Assembly (NCBI GenBank): GCA_039798785.1 | Contig: JBDKFG010000024.1 | Location: 32,001 to 96,000, forward strand | From: Verrucomicrobiota bacterium | GTDB taxonomy: Bacteria > Verrucomicrobiota > Lentisphaeria > Lentisphaerales > Lentisphaeraceae | Length of the DNA stretch: 64,000 nt | Direction: 5' to 3' | Part shown: piece after piece, positions 1-9,766 of the stretch | How the letters are laid out: the number at the start of each line of letters is the position of its first letter | How positions within the stretch are numbered: position 1 is the stretch's first letter | Made by a program: the position numbers and the translations under genes | Notes under the pieces: generated by a model | Database searches by the model: none | What the model saw: the letters and a program-made list of their open reading frames with translations, nothing else | Told to the model about the DNA's origin: nothing

Positions 1-1
1 C

Positions 2-250
2 GTACTTCTCATCACCTCGAAAGGCGCCGCCGGAGTCACCGGAAGCGGCTTCATCATTCTCGCCGCCAGCCTTCCGGCTCTGGGGCAGGTCCCGGTCGTC
101 GGGCTCGCCCTGATCGTCGGCATCGACCGCTTCATGTCGGAAGCCCGCGCCCTCACCAACCTGGTCGGCAACGGCGTCGCCACCCTCGTCGTCGCGAGAT
201 GGACCGGCGATCTCGACCAGGAAAGGCTGAAGCGCGAACTCGAGGTCTGA
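2..250 (+). CDS. dctA: C4-dicarboxylate:cation symporter, C-terminal part (5'-truncated by window edge)
   Basis: Frame from base 2 reads [19 protein letters not shown]...[22 protein letters not shown], which are DAACS/DctA signature motifs. Stop TGA at 248-250. Confidence 0.9.
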   Translation, partial: VLLITSKGAAGVTGSGFIILAASLPALGQVPVVGLALIVGIDRFMSEARALTNLVGNGVATLVVARWTGDLDQERLKRELEV

Positions 251-481
251 GTCTGGCACCTGTGCTAGCCCGGGCCGTCTTCGAGTGTCGCGGAACTGGA
301 GTTTATCGTAGCCCCGCCGCTTGATGCCCTGGTCGTCGCTCCTGCGGCTTTGCCCGGACCAACAAGGAATTCAAGAGCTAATGCCGACAATGACAATCAA
401 TTAAGTCTCAAGATCAAGACCGCGGCACTTTGCCATTTGACGAAGGGACTATAGATTTGGCCCAATTTCCCGGAGGAATCC

Positions 482-1783
482 GTGCGCTTTCAATGTGAAC
501 ACTGCAGCGGCATCATAGCCATCGACGACAGCGACCTGGGCCAATACGTGGGTTGCGGTCACTGCGACCAGCCCGTCCAAGTCCCCGCCGAGCGATTCGG
601 CCCGAGCGTCGTGATCAACGACTACATCATCGAGAAACTTCTCGGCCGTGGCGGCATGGGAGTGGTCTACAAGGCCTACCAGATGTCTTTGGACCGCACC
701 GTGGCTCTGAAGATCATGACCATTTCGAGCGAGCAGAACCAGGCTGCGATCACCGACTTCATCCGCGAAGCCCGCGCCGCAGCCCGCGTCAATCACCCCA
801 ACATCGTCCAGGCCTACGCCGTCGGCCAGGAGGAGGGCGTCTACTTCCTCGCCATGGAAATGGTGGAAGGCAGCACGATGAAGCAGCTTCTCGACGCCAA
901 CCAAAGACTCCCTCTTGAGCTCTGCCTCGACGTCACCCGCCAGGTTGCCGAGGCTCTCGGCCACGCTTGGAACGAGCAGAAACTGGTGCACCGCGACATC
1001 AAACCCGACAACATCATGATCGTCGGCGAAACCAACGTCGCCAAACTGATGGACCTGGGACTTTCCCGCTTCGCCAACGACATCCTCGCCGGCGGCGAGG
1101 AGAGCGACGAGATCATGGGCACGCCCCAATACATCTCACCGGAACAACTTGTCGGCTCGGCGATGGATTTCCGCGGCGACCAATACTCACTCGGCGCCAC
1201 CCTTTACCACTGTCTCACCGGCGAGTTCCCCTTCAACGGCCGCAATGCCGCCGACATCGCTCGAAAGCATTTGCAGGATCCGCTGCCGCCGCCCACCGTC
1301 CACGACGCCTCGATCCCCGATTCGGTCTGCCGCCTCCTCACCAAGATGATGGCGAAGCACCCCGACGACCGCTTCCCCGACGCCGCCAGCCTGGCACGGG
1401 AAATCGAAAGCATCAAGAAGCACTTGACCTCTTCGGGCAGCCAGGTCGGCAAGACCGGCTCGGGCCGCATCGTCTTCAAGGCACCGGCGAAACAGAGCGC
1501 AGGCAAGGCCTCCAACGGACCGGAAAAGGAATACCACGCCCACAAGACCTCAAAAACCGAAGCGAGAGTCAGTCATCGCCAAAGCTCCCGCAGCACCAAC
1601 GCCAATCCGGCCGCCCAGGCCTCGCGGCGCACCAGCATGCTTCCTGCCGCCCAGGCACCGCAAGGCCGACCTCAGCGCGCCCCGGCCCAGCAAGGCCCGA
1701 ACTGGGGTCTGATCGGCATGGTCGGCATGATCATCCTCGGCATCCTCATCGGGATCATCGCCGGGGTCAGCTCGAAAGGCTGA
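482..1783 (+). CDS. Hanks-type Ser/Thr protein kinase with N-terminal zinc ribbon and C-terminal TM anchor
   Basis: CEHC..CGHC N-terminus, GRGGMGVVY, VALK, HRDIKPDN, DLG, GTPQYISPE. Hydrophobic C-terminal helix. Confidence 0.92.
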   Translation: MRFQCEHCSGIIAIDDSDLGQYVGCGHCDQPVQVPAERFGPSVVINDYIIEKLLGRGGMGVVYKAYQMSLDRTVALKIMTISSEQNQAAITDFIREARAAARVNHPNIVQAYAVGQEEGVYFLAMEMVEGSTMKQLLDANQRLPLELCLDVTRQVAEALGHAWNEQKLVHRDIKPDNIMIVGETNVAKLMDLGLSRFANDILAGGEESDEIMGTPQYISPEQLVGSAMDFRGDQYSLGATLYHCLTGEFPFNGRNAADIARKHLQDPLPPPTVHDASIPDSVCRLLTKMMAKHPDDRFPDAASLAREIESIKKHLTSSGSQVGKTGSGRIVFKAPAKQSAGKASNGPEKEYHAHKTSKTEARVSHRQSSRSTNANPAAQASRRTSMLPAAQAPQGRPQRAPAQQGPNWGLIGMVGMIILGILIGIIAGVSSKG

Positions 1784-1790
1784 TGAACGC

Positions 1791-2636
1791 ATGAAGATCC
1801 TCCACTTTTCGGACATCCACGAAGGTGATTGGCCCCGGTTTCCCGGGGCCTTTTTTGACAAACGCTGGATCGGCGCCTTCAACTACATGCTGCGCCGCCG
1901 CAGTCACCATCATTGGCCCTATCTCGAAAGAGCCCTCGAAGTCTGCCGGCAGGAAAAACCCGATCTCGTCATTTGCACAGGCGACTCCACCTCCTGCTCC
2001 GATCCCGGCGAATTCGCCAAAGCCAGGCAGCGCCTAGCCCCCTTCGTCGAGTCGCGCGATTTCGACTTTCTTTGCATTCCCGGCAATCACGACCGCTACA
2101 CTTCCCTGCCGGCAGCCCGCCAGGCTTGCGACCAGTTCCTCCTCTGGGCCAACAAGGACCGCTACCGGCCCAGCCCCCTGCCGCAGGCCCTCGATTTCCC
2201 CGGCCTCCGGCTCATCCTCCTTGATGTCTGCCGCCCATCCCTTCTCGATTCCTCCGGCCTGCTCAGCAGGGAAAATGCGAAGCTGACTCTCGAACTCGCC
2301 CGGCAAGGACGCCTCCTTGGGCTCGCCCCGATCAGTGTCCAACACTATCCCTTGCGCAATGCCGGCGGACAGCCCCTCGCCCGGCGCCGCGCTCTCCATG
2401 GGGCCGAGGTCCTCGCCGACGGCCTCGACTCCGGACTCCTCCTCGCCAGCCTCTGCGGGCACGTGCACCAACCTTTCCACCGCCAGGAACGCTCCGGTTC
2501 CCACGAAATCTGCGCCGGATCCCTCACCCAGTTCGGCCATCTCGCCAGCATCGCAATCACGGACGACGGCTTGACCCACTCCTGGATCAGACTCAGCCTC
2601 GAGCCGCAAAACCTCGGCCCCACAAGGATGCCCTGA
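1791..2636 (+). CDS. calcineurin-like metallophosphoesterase
   Basis: SDIH, TGD, PGNHD, GHVH motifs. Confidence 0.9.
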   Translation: MKILHFSDIHEGDWPRFPGAFFDKRWIGAFNYMLRRRSHHHWPYLERALEVCRQEKPDLVICTGDSTSCSDPGEFAKARQRLAPFVESRDFDFLCIPGNHDRYTSLPAARQACDQFLLWANKDRYRPSPLPQALDFPGLRLILLDVCRPSLLDSSGLLSRENAKLTLELARQGRLLGLAPISVQHYPLRNAGGQPLARRRALHGAEVLADGLDSGLLLASLCGHVHQPFHRQERSGSHEICAGSLTQFGHLASIAITDDGLTHSWIRLSLEPQNLGPTRMP

Positions 2637-3217
2637 TGAAGCCCTTCACCCTGCCCCTCGCCGCTCCCGCGCCCGACTTCTCCCTGCCCAGCACCGACGG
2701 ACACCAGGTCTCTCTCGCCGACTTCACCGCACCCCTGCTCGTCATCTTCTTCACCTGCAACCACTGCCCCTATGTCACCGGCAGCGACGAAGTCACCCGC
2801 CGCAGCGTCGAAGCCTTCCGTCCCCGGGGCGTCGATTTCCTCGCCATCAACTCCAACTCCGCCGAAACCTACGCCGAAGATTCCTGGGAGCAGATGCTCC
2901 GCCGCATGACCGAACAACGATTCCCCTGGACCTACGCTCACGACCCCGATCAAAGCGCTGCCTTGGCCTACGGCGCCTTGCGGACTCCGCATTTCTACAT
3001 CTTCGATGCCGGCCGTCGCCTCGTCTACACCGGCCGGGGCGTCGATTCGCCTCGAGACTCCTCCAGGATCGCCATCAATGATCTCGACCGGACGCTGGAA
3101 GAGCTTCTTGCCGGCCAGCCCCCAAGCATCCCAATCACCAATCCCATCGGCTGCAACGTCAAATGGAAAGGGCAAGGCCCCAAGTGGATGCCTGCCGACG
3201 CCTGCGACCTGGTCTGA
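2636..3217 (+). CDS. thioredoxin-fold redoxin (AhpC/TSA-like)
   Basis: [39 protein letters not shown] coupling with the upstream gene. Confidence 0.9.
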   Translation: MKPFTLPLAAPAPDFSLPSTDGHQVSLADFTAPLLVIFFTCNHCPYVTGSDEVTRRSVEAFRPRGVDFLAINSNSAETYAEDSWEQMLRRMTEQRFPWTYAHDPDQSAALAYGALRTPHFYIFDAGRRLVYTGRGVDSPRDSSRIAINDLDRTLEELLAGQPPSIPITNPIGCNVKWKGQGPKWMPADACDLV

Positions 3218-3225
3218 GTGCCACA

Positions 3226-3329
3226 GTTTAAAGTTTAAAGCTGGAGCAGCAGTGATGAACTCCCTTGAATCTGACTCGCCAGAATCTGCATACAATCAGC
3301 ACCGTCTCGATCAACCTTAAACTTTAAAC
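3226..3329. repeat. intergenic inverted repeat built from the heptamer GTTTAAA
   Basis: GTTTAAAGTTTAAAG (3226-3240) and CCTTAAACTTTAAAC (3315-3329) are 14/15 complementary. Confidence 0.7.
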
Positions 3330-3341
3330 CGAGCGCCTTCC

Positions 3342-4385
3342 ATGATTCTCCTCGGCATCGAATCCAGTTGCGACGACACTTCCATCGCCCTCGTTGAGGA
3401 CGGCAAGCGGGTTCTGTCGAGCATCGTCTCCTCGCAGATCGACATCCATAAACTCTACGGCGGGGTCGTGCCGGAGCTGGCAGCGCGCGAGCATCTGGTC
3501 AATCTCCGCCACACCTACAAGGCCTGTCTCGACGAGGCCAAGGTCGACCCGGCGTCCATCGACGCTGTCGCCGTCACTGCCTGTCCCGGCTTGCTCCCCG
3601 CCTTGCTGGTCGGCACCAGCTTTGCCAACGGCGTCGGCGCCGCCCTCGGCGTCCCGGTCCTCGGCGTCCATCACCTCGTCGCCCATGTCTGCGCCGTCTT
3701 CCTCGACCACAACGAACTGCCCGAGGACCCCTCGCGGTTCCCGATTCTCGCCCTGCTCGTTTCCGGCGGCCATAGCCAGCTGATGAAAATCGACTGGGAC
3801 GGCTCGATGACCATCCTCGGCAGAACCCTGGACGACGCGGCAGGCGAAGCCTTCGACAAAGCCGCCAAGGCCCTCGGCCTGCCCTATCCCGGCGGCCCGG
3901 TCGTTGACCGCTTGGCCAAGAGCGGCAATCCCGAAGCGGTGAAGTTCCCCCGCGCCCGTCTCGATCGAGACAGGCACCGCTTCGACTTCTCCTTCTCGGG
4001 ATTGAAGACCTCGATGCTGACTCATATCAAAGGGAGGGAGATCGCCGACGATCAGCTCCCCGATCTGCTGGCCTCTTACCAGGCTGCCATCGTCGACGCC
4101 TTGGTCGACAAAACCCTTGATGCCGCACGGCATTGCGGCGCCCGCAGTCTCGCCCTCTGCGGCGGCGTCGCCTGCAACTCCGCCCTCCGAGCCCGCCTCG
4201 GCGCAGGCGCAGGCGCAATCGGCCTGAAGCTCCATGTCGCCAGCCCCAAGCACTGCACCGACAACGGCGCCATGATCGCTGCCCTCGGCTGGTACCAGCT
4301 ACGTGCCTCCGGACAGCCAAGCCGTTGCGTCGAAGCCAGCGCCAGCTCCCCGGATGAGCTGCGCATCCCGTTCCTGAGAAAATGA
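3342..4385 (+). CDS. tsaD: tRNA N6-threonylcarbamoyltransferase TsaD
   Basis: LGIESSCDDT, GGVVPELAAREH, HHLVAH, LLVSGGH, DDAAGEAFDK, FSFSGLK, CTDNGAMIA. Confidence 0.97.
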   Translation: MILLGIESSCDDTSIALVEDGKRVLSSIVSSQIDIHKLYGGVVPELAAREHLVNLRHTYKACLDEAKVDPASIDAVAVTACPGLLPALLVGTSFANGVGAALGVPVLGVHHLVAHVCAVFLDHNELPEDPSRFPILALLVSGGHSQLMKIDWDGSMTILGRTLDDAAGEAFDKAAKALGLPYPGGPVVDRLAKSGNPEAVKFPRARLDRDRHRFDFSFSGLKTSMLTHIKGREIADDQLPDLLASYQAAIVDALVDKTLDAARHCGARSLALCGGVACNSALRARLGAGAGAIGLKLHVASPKHCTDNGAMIAALGWYQLRASGQPSRCVEASASSPDELRIPFLRK

Positions 4386-4422
4386 TGATATCGACTCAAT
4401 CGACACCTTATTCCCTCAAGAC

Positions 4423-4451
4423 TTGCATCGCCGGGTCTTTCTGCATATACT
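4423..4451 (+). promoter_or_regulatory. sigma70-type promoter for the prepilin-type gene
   Basis: TTGCAT-N17-TATACT upstream of ATG 4485. Confidence 0.55.
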
Positions 4452-4484
4452 GGATGCATGGACATCCAATGCGGAGACTTCGAT

Positions 4485-5174
4485 ATGAAGAGGCCATTCA
4501 CTCTGATCGAGCTTTTGCTGGTGGTGACGGTGATCGCCATCCTGCTCTCGCTGCTCCTCCCGGCACTGCGCGGAGCAAGAGAGAAATCCCATCTCGCCAC
4601 CTGCTCCAGCAATCTGCGGCAGATCGGCATGGCCCTGCAGAATTTCTCCGGTGACAATCAGGGCAACGTCCCCAACAAGATCAGCGGCACGATGTTCAGT
4701 TGGGTCGGAAAGGCCGGAACCAACACCACCCTCAGCGTCACCACCCGGCCTTTAAACGCCTACCTTGGCTACCGCACCAACGGCAGCGAAGTCCCGGTGG
4801 CCAGATGCACCAAAGACGAAAAGACCGGCGCCGGCAGCTACGCCGGCTCAGGCGCTTCCTACTCGTCGAACACTATCACCACCATGACCGGCGGCCGCAC
4901 CTCGCTAGTGACGGCCACCGGCGCAGGTCAAAGCATTTCCGGATCCGCCGCTCCCTCCCAATTGATTTCGATGGCGGAATACGGCACCTTCGACGCCGGC
5001 TGGAACAACCGGAACTACGCCGCAATCGCCCAGTGGGATCTGCACGAATTCAAATACAGCCGCTTCAACTGCCTCTACTTCGACGGCCGCACCGAAGTCA
5101 CCATGATCTTCGCCAGCTCCAACGGCACCAGCCAGGCAAGCTGGGACTACACCTATGAATACCAAGGGCTCTGA
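4485..5174 (+). CDS. prepilin-type N-terminal cleavage/methylation protein (PVC DUF1559-like)
   Basis: MKRPFTLIELLLVVTVIAILLSLLLPAL, CSSNLRQIG, C-terminal FNCLYFDG. The ATG at 4485 is preferred over 4458. Confidence 0.9.
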   Translation: MKRPFTLIELLLVVTVIAILLSLLLPALRGAREKSHLATCSSNLRQIGMALQNFSGDNQGNVPNKISGTMFSWVGKAGTNTTLSVTTRPLNAYLGYRTNGSEVPVARCTKDEKTGAGSYAGSGASYSSNTITTMTGGRTSLVTATGAGQSISGSAAPSQLISMAEYGTFDAGWNNRNYAAIAQWDLHEFKYSRFNCLYFDGRTEVTMIFASSNGTSQASWDYTYEYQGL

Positions 5175-5207
5175 AAAGAGCCTGGAACTCCATAAAGCGG
5201 CTTTCAG

Positions 5208-5978
5208 ATGAACACCACTTTGATCGCGTTGGCCATCGGCGGCCTCGGAGTCACCTTCGGCCTCCTCGGAAAAAAGAGGCCGCTGCTGAAATTCCTCGCC
5301 ATCCCCCTCTGCCTCTGCGGCGTGACGCTGGCTCTCCTGCAGATCAACTCCCATCCCGAAGCCGAACGGATCAACCGCCTTGAGGCCGCCTACTTCCATG
5401 CCCAAGCCGAAATCCTCGCCGACGAACTAGCCCTGGCCAAGGCTAAGAAATGCCTGATCGTCCATCCTCCATCCAGCGACGGCAAGTCCGGCTTCGAAGG
5501 AGACCTGCTGAATGCCTTCAAATCCCGCGGCTTGAGCGTCAGCCTGACCATCCCAAGCTCTTGGAAAAAACCCAAGACCGAGACATTCGAACCCTATTTC
5601 GAAGGAGCCTCGCTCCCTCCCATCCTCAAGCTCAAAGAATTCGACGCCATCATTTTCACCGCCGGCCTGCCGCCTCCGCCTGAGCTGGCCGAAGTGCCGC
5701 GCTTCGCTCCGGATGCCGATCCGGCCCTGTTCAAACCCAAGCTCTACGTCTTTAATGGCGACGATCCCGGCCTGTTGCCCTTCGTGCACAGCGGCGCCCT
5801 GACGGGCATGGTCAGCTGGCGTCCGAAACCATCCGCGATCAAAGATCCGATCGATTCGTTGAGCAGCCGCCAGATCTTCGATTCCCGCTATCTCCTTGTC
5901 CTCCATGGAAAACTCAAAGACCTAGCCGCCTCGGAAAAAGATTTCTACCCCAAGATCCTCGGTGGACTGCAGGACTGA
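5208..5978 (+). CDS. membrane-anchored hypothetical protein
   Basis: Two N-terminal hydrophobic helices followed by an alpha/beta domain. Typical codon usage. Confidence 0.7.
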   Translation: MNTTLIALAIGGLGVTFGLLGKKRPLLKFLAIPLCLCGVTLALLQINSHPEAERINRLEAAYFHAQAEILADELALAKAKKCLIVHPPSSDGKSGFEGDLLNAFKSRGLSVSLTIPSSWKKPKTETFEPYFEGASLPPILKLKEFDAIIFTAGLPPPPELAEVPRFAPDADPALFKPKLYVFNGDDPGLLPFVHSGALTGMVSWRPKPSAIKDPIDSLSSRQIFDSRYLLVLHGKLKDLAASEKDFYPKILGGLQD

Positions 5979-5981
5979 AGC

Positions 5982-6073
5982 AAAAACCGGCAAGCGCCTT
6001 CCTTGGCTCCCGACTCGACCGGGAGTACCAGGATCCTAGATCTCTAGGTAGGTTAGACCGCTTGGCGGATTTT
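5982..6073 (-). ncRNA. candidate structured small RNA (~92 nt)
   Basis: Ends pair 13/15 (AAAATCCGCCAAGCG / CGCTTGCCGGTTTTT), with two internal hairpins and a 3' U-tract. TTGACA (6107-6102)-N17-AAGTCT lies just upstream. Confidence 0.35.
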
Positions 6074-6277
6074 CATGAAGACTTTTTGCCACGTGATTTC
6101 GTGTCAAGGGGCACCGGAAAGAGTCTGAAAAATCCGGCAAGGACGGTTTGTCTCAGCCGGAGCGGAGTCACGGGTGCGGGGCCTTCTGCTTCCCTCCGCG
6201 TCTTCTGCTGGTTCCGCTTCAGTTCCGCCGGAGTCCGATTAGCAGGAATACATCTTGATTGAATCGGACGGCGGAGA

Positions 6278-6305
6278 TTGACAAGCGGATTCAGCTCATT
6301 AGCTT
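6278..6305 (+). promoter_or_regulatory. sigma70-type promoter for the FmdB-like gene
   Basis: TTGACA-N16-TAGCTT. Confidence 0.45.
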
Positions 6306-6353
6306 CGCAGTCATTTACCCCAGTCCCAGAGTTCAATTGAGGATCGCCATAAG

Positions 6354-6623
6354 ATGCCGACCTACGACTACCGCTGCGAAAGCTGCAGCCATCACTTCAC
6401 CACCATGCACTCGATCGCCGCCGCACCTTTGTCAGTCTGCCCTTCATGCAGCCAACCCAAGCTCAAACGACTCATCGGCGGCGGCGGCGGCGTTCTCTTC
6501 AAAGGCGGCGGCTTCTACCAGACCGATTATCCCAGCGCCAGCTACAGCGCCGGCGTCAAATCCGACTCCGGGAGCTGCAGCCCGGGCGGTTGCGGCGCGC
6601 CCCAATGCCCTTCCTCCAACTGA
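6354..6623 (+). CDS. FmdB-family zinc ribbon protein
   Basis: MPTYDYRCESC...CPSC...FKGGGFYQTDY. Confidence 0.92.
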   Translation: MPTYDYRCESCSHHFTTMHSIAAAPLSVCPSCSQPKLKRLIGGGGGVLFKGGGFYQTDYPSASYSAGVKSDSGSCSPGGCGAPQCPSSN

Positions 6624-6641
6624 TCCACCAAGGAGTTTTTC

Positions 6642-7460
6642 ATGGAAATCCAATGCGATAAATGCGGCAACCAGAATCCGCTCGGCGCCCTCTTCTGCCG
6701 GACCTGCGGCGCCAAGCTCGACATGGAGAAGCTCCGCCCCCAAGGCGGCTCCGGCAGCGGCGGCATCAAAAAGCCACTCATCCACCCCTATGCCATCCGC
6801 CGCCTCATCAGCCTTGTCCTCTTCCTTTTCCTCCTCGGGCTGTGCGGACTCTTCCTCCTCCGCCCAGGCGACTTCGTCGAAGTGGCCGCCATCCCCCCCG
6901 GCAAGGACTACAAGAACACCCTGAACCGCCTCAATATCGAGCTGGCAACGATCGCCAAGGATCCGACCATGGTGGCCGAGCTCGCCAACGTCCGCATCGT
7001 CAAGCTGAAAGTCAGCGACATCGCCGCGATGATCAGCAAGGAGCTCCAGGACGCCGCCACCAAAGACGGCGGACTCGACACCATCACTGGCCGCGTCGTC
7101 CCTCATCAGGTCTCTCTCAAGGTGATCAGCAGCAGCCGCGTCCGCATCAACGTCCAATCCCGGCTCAACGTCGCCGGGCTGAAGCTGTCGCTCTACTCCG
7201 GCGCCGACATCCTGATCTCCAGCGACAGCGATCCCGTCACCGCCTCGATGAGCGACTTCACCCACGGCAAGCTGCCGGCCTTCGGCCCGATCTCCGGCCC
7301 GGTCCAGGAGCGCATCGCTGCCATCCTCGCCACCGACGACCACCCCCAGGAATGGCTGAAGCAGATCAAATCGATTGAACTCGACGGTGAAAATGATGAG
7401 CTGACCCTCAAATTCGTCCCGGTCAAAAACACCCTTCCTGCCGCGCCGGCGAAGAAATAA
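6642..7460 (+). CDS. zinc-ribbon membrane protein
   Basis: CDKC..N...FCRTCG, one TM helix, AAGGAG RBS. Confidence 0.8.
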   Translation: MEIQCDKCGNQNPLGALFCRTCGAKLDMEKLRPQGGSGSGGIKKPLIHPYAIRRLISLVLFLFLLGLCGLFLLRPGDFVEVAAIPPGKDYKNTLNRLNIELATIAKDPTMVAELANVRIVKLKVSDIAAMISKELQDAATKDGGLDTITGRVVPHQVSLKVISSSRVRINVQSRLNVAGLKLSLYSGADILISSDSDPVTASMSDFTHGKLPAFGPISGPVQERIAAILATDDHPQEWLKQIKSIELDGENDELTLKFVPVKNTLPAAPAKK

Positions 7461-7481
7461 AGCGGCGGCGAACGAAAGCCT

Positions 7482-7512
7482 GAAATCCCCGGGAAGAACT
7501 CCCGGGGATTTC
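7482..7512. terminator. bidirectional hairpin between convergent genes
   Basis: GAAATCCCCGGG / CCCGGGGATTTC perfect 12-bp stem. Confidence 0.8.
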
Positions 7513-7552
7513 TGTTTCTCGGAGCGACCTGGATGTCGCCGGTGACTATCGT

Positions 7553-8776
7553 TCAGCCGGAGATCCGCTCGCCGCAGGCCCACAGGCCGAAGATCAGGAT
7601 CAGGCCCGCCAGCGGCAGGGCGCAACGCTTGAAGAACCAGGCTTGGTCCCGAAACTTGACAAAGAGCAGGGTGGCCGGCAGGGCGAGAAAGAGATGGCCG
7701 ATCTCGACGCCGCCGTTGAACCCCAGGATGATCGCCGGGAACTCGCCTGCTTCGAGACCGCGGGAAGCGAGATCACCGGCAAACGCAAGGCCGTGGATCA
7801 GGCCGAAGCCAAAGGCCGTGCCGACCCGGGCGCGGCGGCTTTCCACGCGCAAGAGAATCTCAAGGCCGACCACCACCAAGGTCAGCGCCACCAACACCTC
7901 CACCAGCTTGCCCGGGAAAGCCACCACCCCGTAGAGACAAAGGGTGAAGGAAATCGAGTGAGCCAAAGTGAACGCCGTGACGTTGATCAGCATCTGCCGC
8001 CAGAAAGGAGCCAGCAAGCAGATACCCAGGATGAAGGCCATGTGGTCGAGTCCCTTCGGCAAAGCCCCGTCACCCCATCTCCAGATATGTTCGATGCCAT
8101 AAGTGACAAAGCCTGCGCAGGTACGCCAGAACCCGGAAGGGACGGCGGTCGCCGGAGGCGCAGCCGGGCTCGACTCCTGGGGCTCGACGGCCGGCGCCAA
8201 CCCCGGCGTCCCAGGAAAATCCAGCGCCGGCGAGACGCTCCCGGCATAGACCGGCAGCGACACCTGCGCCCCGTTCTCCTGAAAATGAATGATCCAATCG
8301 CCGAGGCACTCCGGCAGCTGGACCTGTACCGACGGGGCCGGACCGGAAGGAAGCGTCAGACGGACCGCGACGCGGAGCATGTAGGGCATGCCGCGGGAAT
8401 CGAGGTTGTACAGGCGGTCGAGATCTTCGAGGTCTGGAAACTGGAAGCTCAGCAAAGCCAAAGGCCGCCCCTGGGCATCGACGAAGCGGATTTCCCGGCG
8501 CAGCCGCTCAGCTGCCGAACTCCAGTCAGCCTCCATCGCCGCCCTCTGGTTCAGACCGCGCTCGATCCATGCATAGGTCTCGGCATCATCGCAGTCCGCC
8601 GGCTTTTTGCCAAGCACGTAAGGAACGACGTCAAAAAGAAGGACGAATTCGCATTCTCCCGCAACACCATCCTTGGCAGGAGCGAGGGTGCCGGACCCCG
8701 GCTGTACCGGATGAGCGCCTAGCTGCATGACGAAAGCCAGCACAATCAAGAGAATCGAGAGGAAGCGCATGGACAC
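7553..8776 (-). CDS. HupE/UreJ-family membrane protein with N-terminal exported domain
   Basis: GIEHI, GLDHMAF, TAFTLAHSI, FGLIHGLAFA, GFNGGVEIGH. Signal peptide ending in AH. Confidence 0.88.
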   Translation of the reverse strand: MSMRFLSILLIVLAFVMQLGAHPVQPGSGTLAPAKDGVAGECEFVLLFDVVPYVLGKKPADCDDAETYAWIERGLNQRAAMEADWSSAAERLRREIRFVDAQGRPLALLSFQFPDLEDLDRLYNLDSRGMPYMLRVAVRLTLPSGPAPSVQVQLPECLGDWIIHFQENGAQVSLPVYAGSVSPALDFPGTPGLAPAVEPQESSPAAPPATAVPSGFWRTCAGFVTYGIEHIWRWGDGALPKGLDHMAFILGICLLAPFWRQMLINVTAFTLAHSISFTLCLYGVVAFPGKLVEVLVALTLVVVGLEILLRVESRRARVGTAFGFGLIHGLAFAGDLASRGLEAGEFPAIILGFNGGVEIGHLFLALPATLLFVKFRDQAWFFKRCALPLAGLILIFGLWACGERISG

Positions 8777-8827
8777 CTCGGAATCGGTTTAACTCCCCGC
8801 AGTATAGCTCAGCCCGCAGGTATATCC

Positions 8828-9766
8828 TCAGCGAAAGCCGCCGCCATAGCCGGGTGAAGCGCCGCCGGGCGATGAACGCGGCAGGGAGGGCTGATAAGGG
8901 GATGCATGACGATTCCCCCCGGGGATCGAGGGCTGGTAGGGATTCCTCCCGGGGATCGAGGGCTGGTAGGGATTCCCCCCGGGGATCGAGGGCTGGTAGG
9001 GATTCCCCCCGGGGATCGAGGGCTGGTAGGGATTCCCCCCGGGGATCGAGGGCTGGTAGGGATTCGCCGGAATCATCTGCTGTTGTGAACCGCCGGAATT
9101 CGAACTCGGTCTGGAAGAATACGACGGGATTGCAGATGATTGCGAGCCGGAGGATCCGGCAAGCAGAGCCACCTTGATCACCATGAAGATGATGACAACG
9201 ATGGCGAAGACGGTGAACTTGCCGGATGTCTCGCTGCTCATGCGACCAAACGAGGTCTTCTGATGCCGGGAGACCGCGGCGGAGGCTGCGGCGGCGAGAC
9301 GCTGCTGCCGGCTTTTCGCATCAAGCGGCGGCTCGAGGTTGAGATGAGTGATCCCTTCAAGTCGTTCCAGCCAGGCGGATCCCTGGCCGGCGAGGGAGGG
9401 GAAGTCCTTCCGGAGCAAGGCGATCTTTTCGCGCAGGACGACAGCATTTTCCGGCTCGGCGGCAGCGTCGCAGAGATAGCGGCGGCAGGGCGTGGCCGTC
9501 GGAGTCGGCAGACAACTGATGAAGAGATGGTGCAGCATCTTGTCTTCCTTGACCTGTCCAAGAGGCGCCTTGGCCAGCTCTTGCAGCAAGGAGGCATAGG
9601 GGCCCTCCGCGCTGCTCAGGGCCTCGGGCATGGCTGCCGGATCATGCAGGTTCTCCTCGGTCCGGCCGATGTCGCGCAAGCGCGCCTTGAAGGGGCGGCG
9701 CGCTGCGGCCGCGGGCCAGGCGGCACGAGGGTTGCGGCGGGCGGCGAGGGTCTCGAGATCGTTCAT
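8828..9766 (-). CDS. membrane protein with Pro/Tyr/Gly-rich repeat tail
   Basis: One TM helix followed by (NPYQPSIPGG)x5. 1-nt stop/start overlap with the upstream J-domain gene. Confidence 0.7.
   Translation of the reverse strand: MNDLETLAARRNPRAAWPAAAARRPFKARLRDIGRTEENLHDPAAMPEALSSAEGPYASLLQELAKAPLGQVKEDKMLHHLFISCLPTPTATPCRRYLCDAAAEPENAVVLREKIALLRKDFPSLAGQGSAWLERLEGITHLNLEPPLDAKSRQQRLAAAASAAVSRHQKTSFGRMSSETSGKFTVFAIVVIIFMVIKVALLAGSSGSQSSAIPSYSSRPSSNSGGSQQQMIPANPYQPSIPGGNPYQPSIPGGNPYQPSIPGGNPYQPSIPGRNPYQPSIPGGNRHASPYQPSLPRSSPGGASPGYGGGFR
8911..9065 (-). repeat. 30-bp coding tandem repeat, 5 copies plus a partial
   Basis: GATTCCCCCCGGGGATCGAGGGCTGGTAGG at 8911, 8941 (1 mismatch), 8971, 9001 and 9031. 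No spacers. Confidence 0.97.

Noticed and set aside
254..270. TGGCAC after dctA as a sigma54 promoter
   Set aside because: No GC at the required GG-N10-GC spacing.
8911..9065. 30-bp repeats as a CRISPR array
   Set aside because: Copies are head-to-tail with no spacers, in frame within a CDS, and there are no cas genes.
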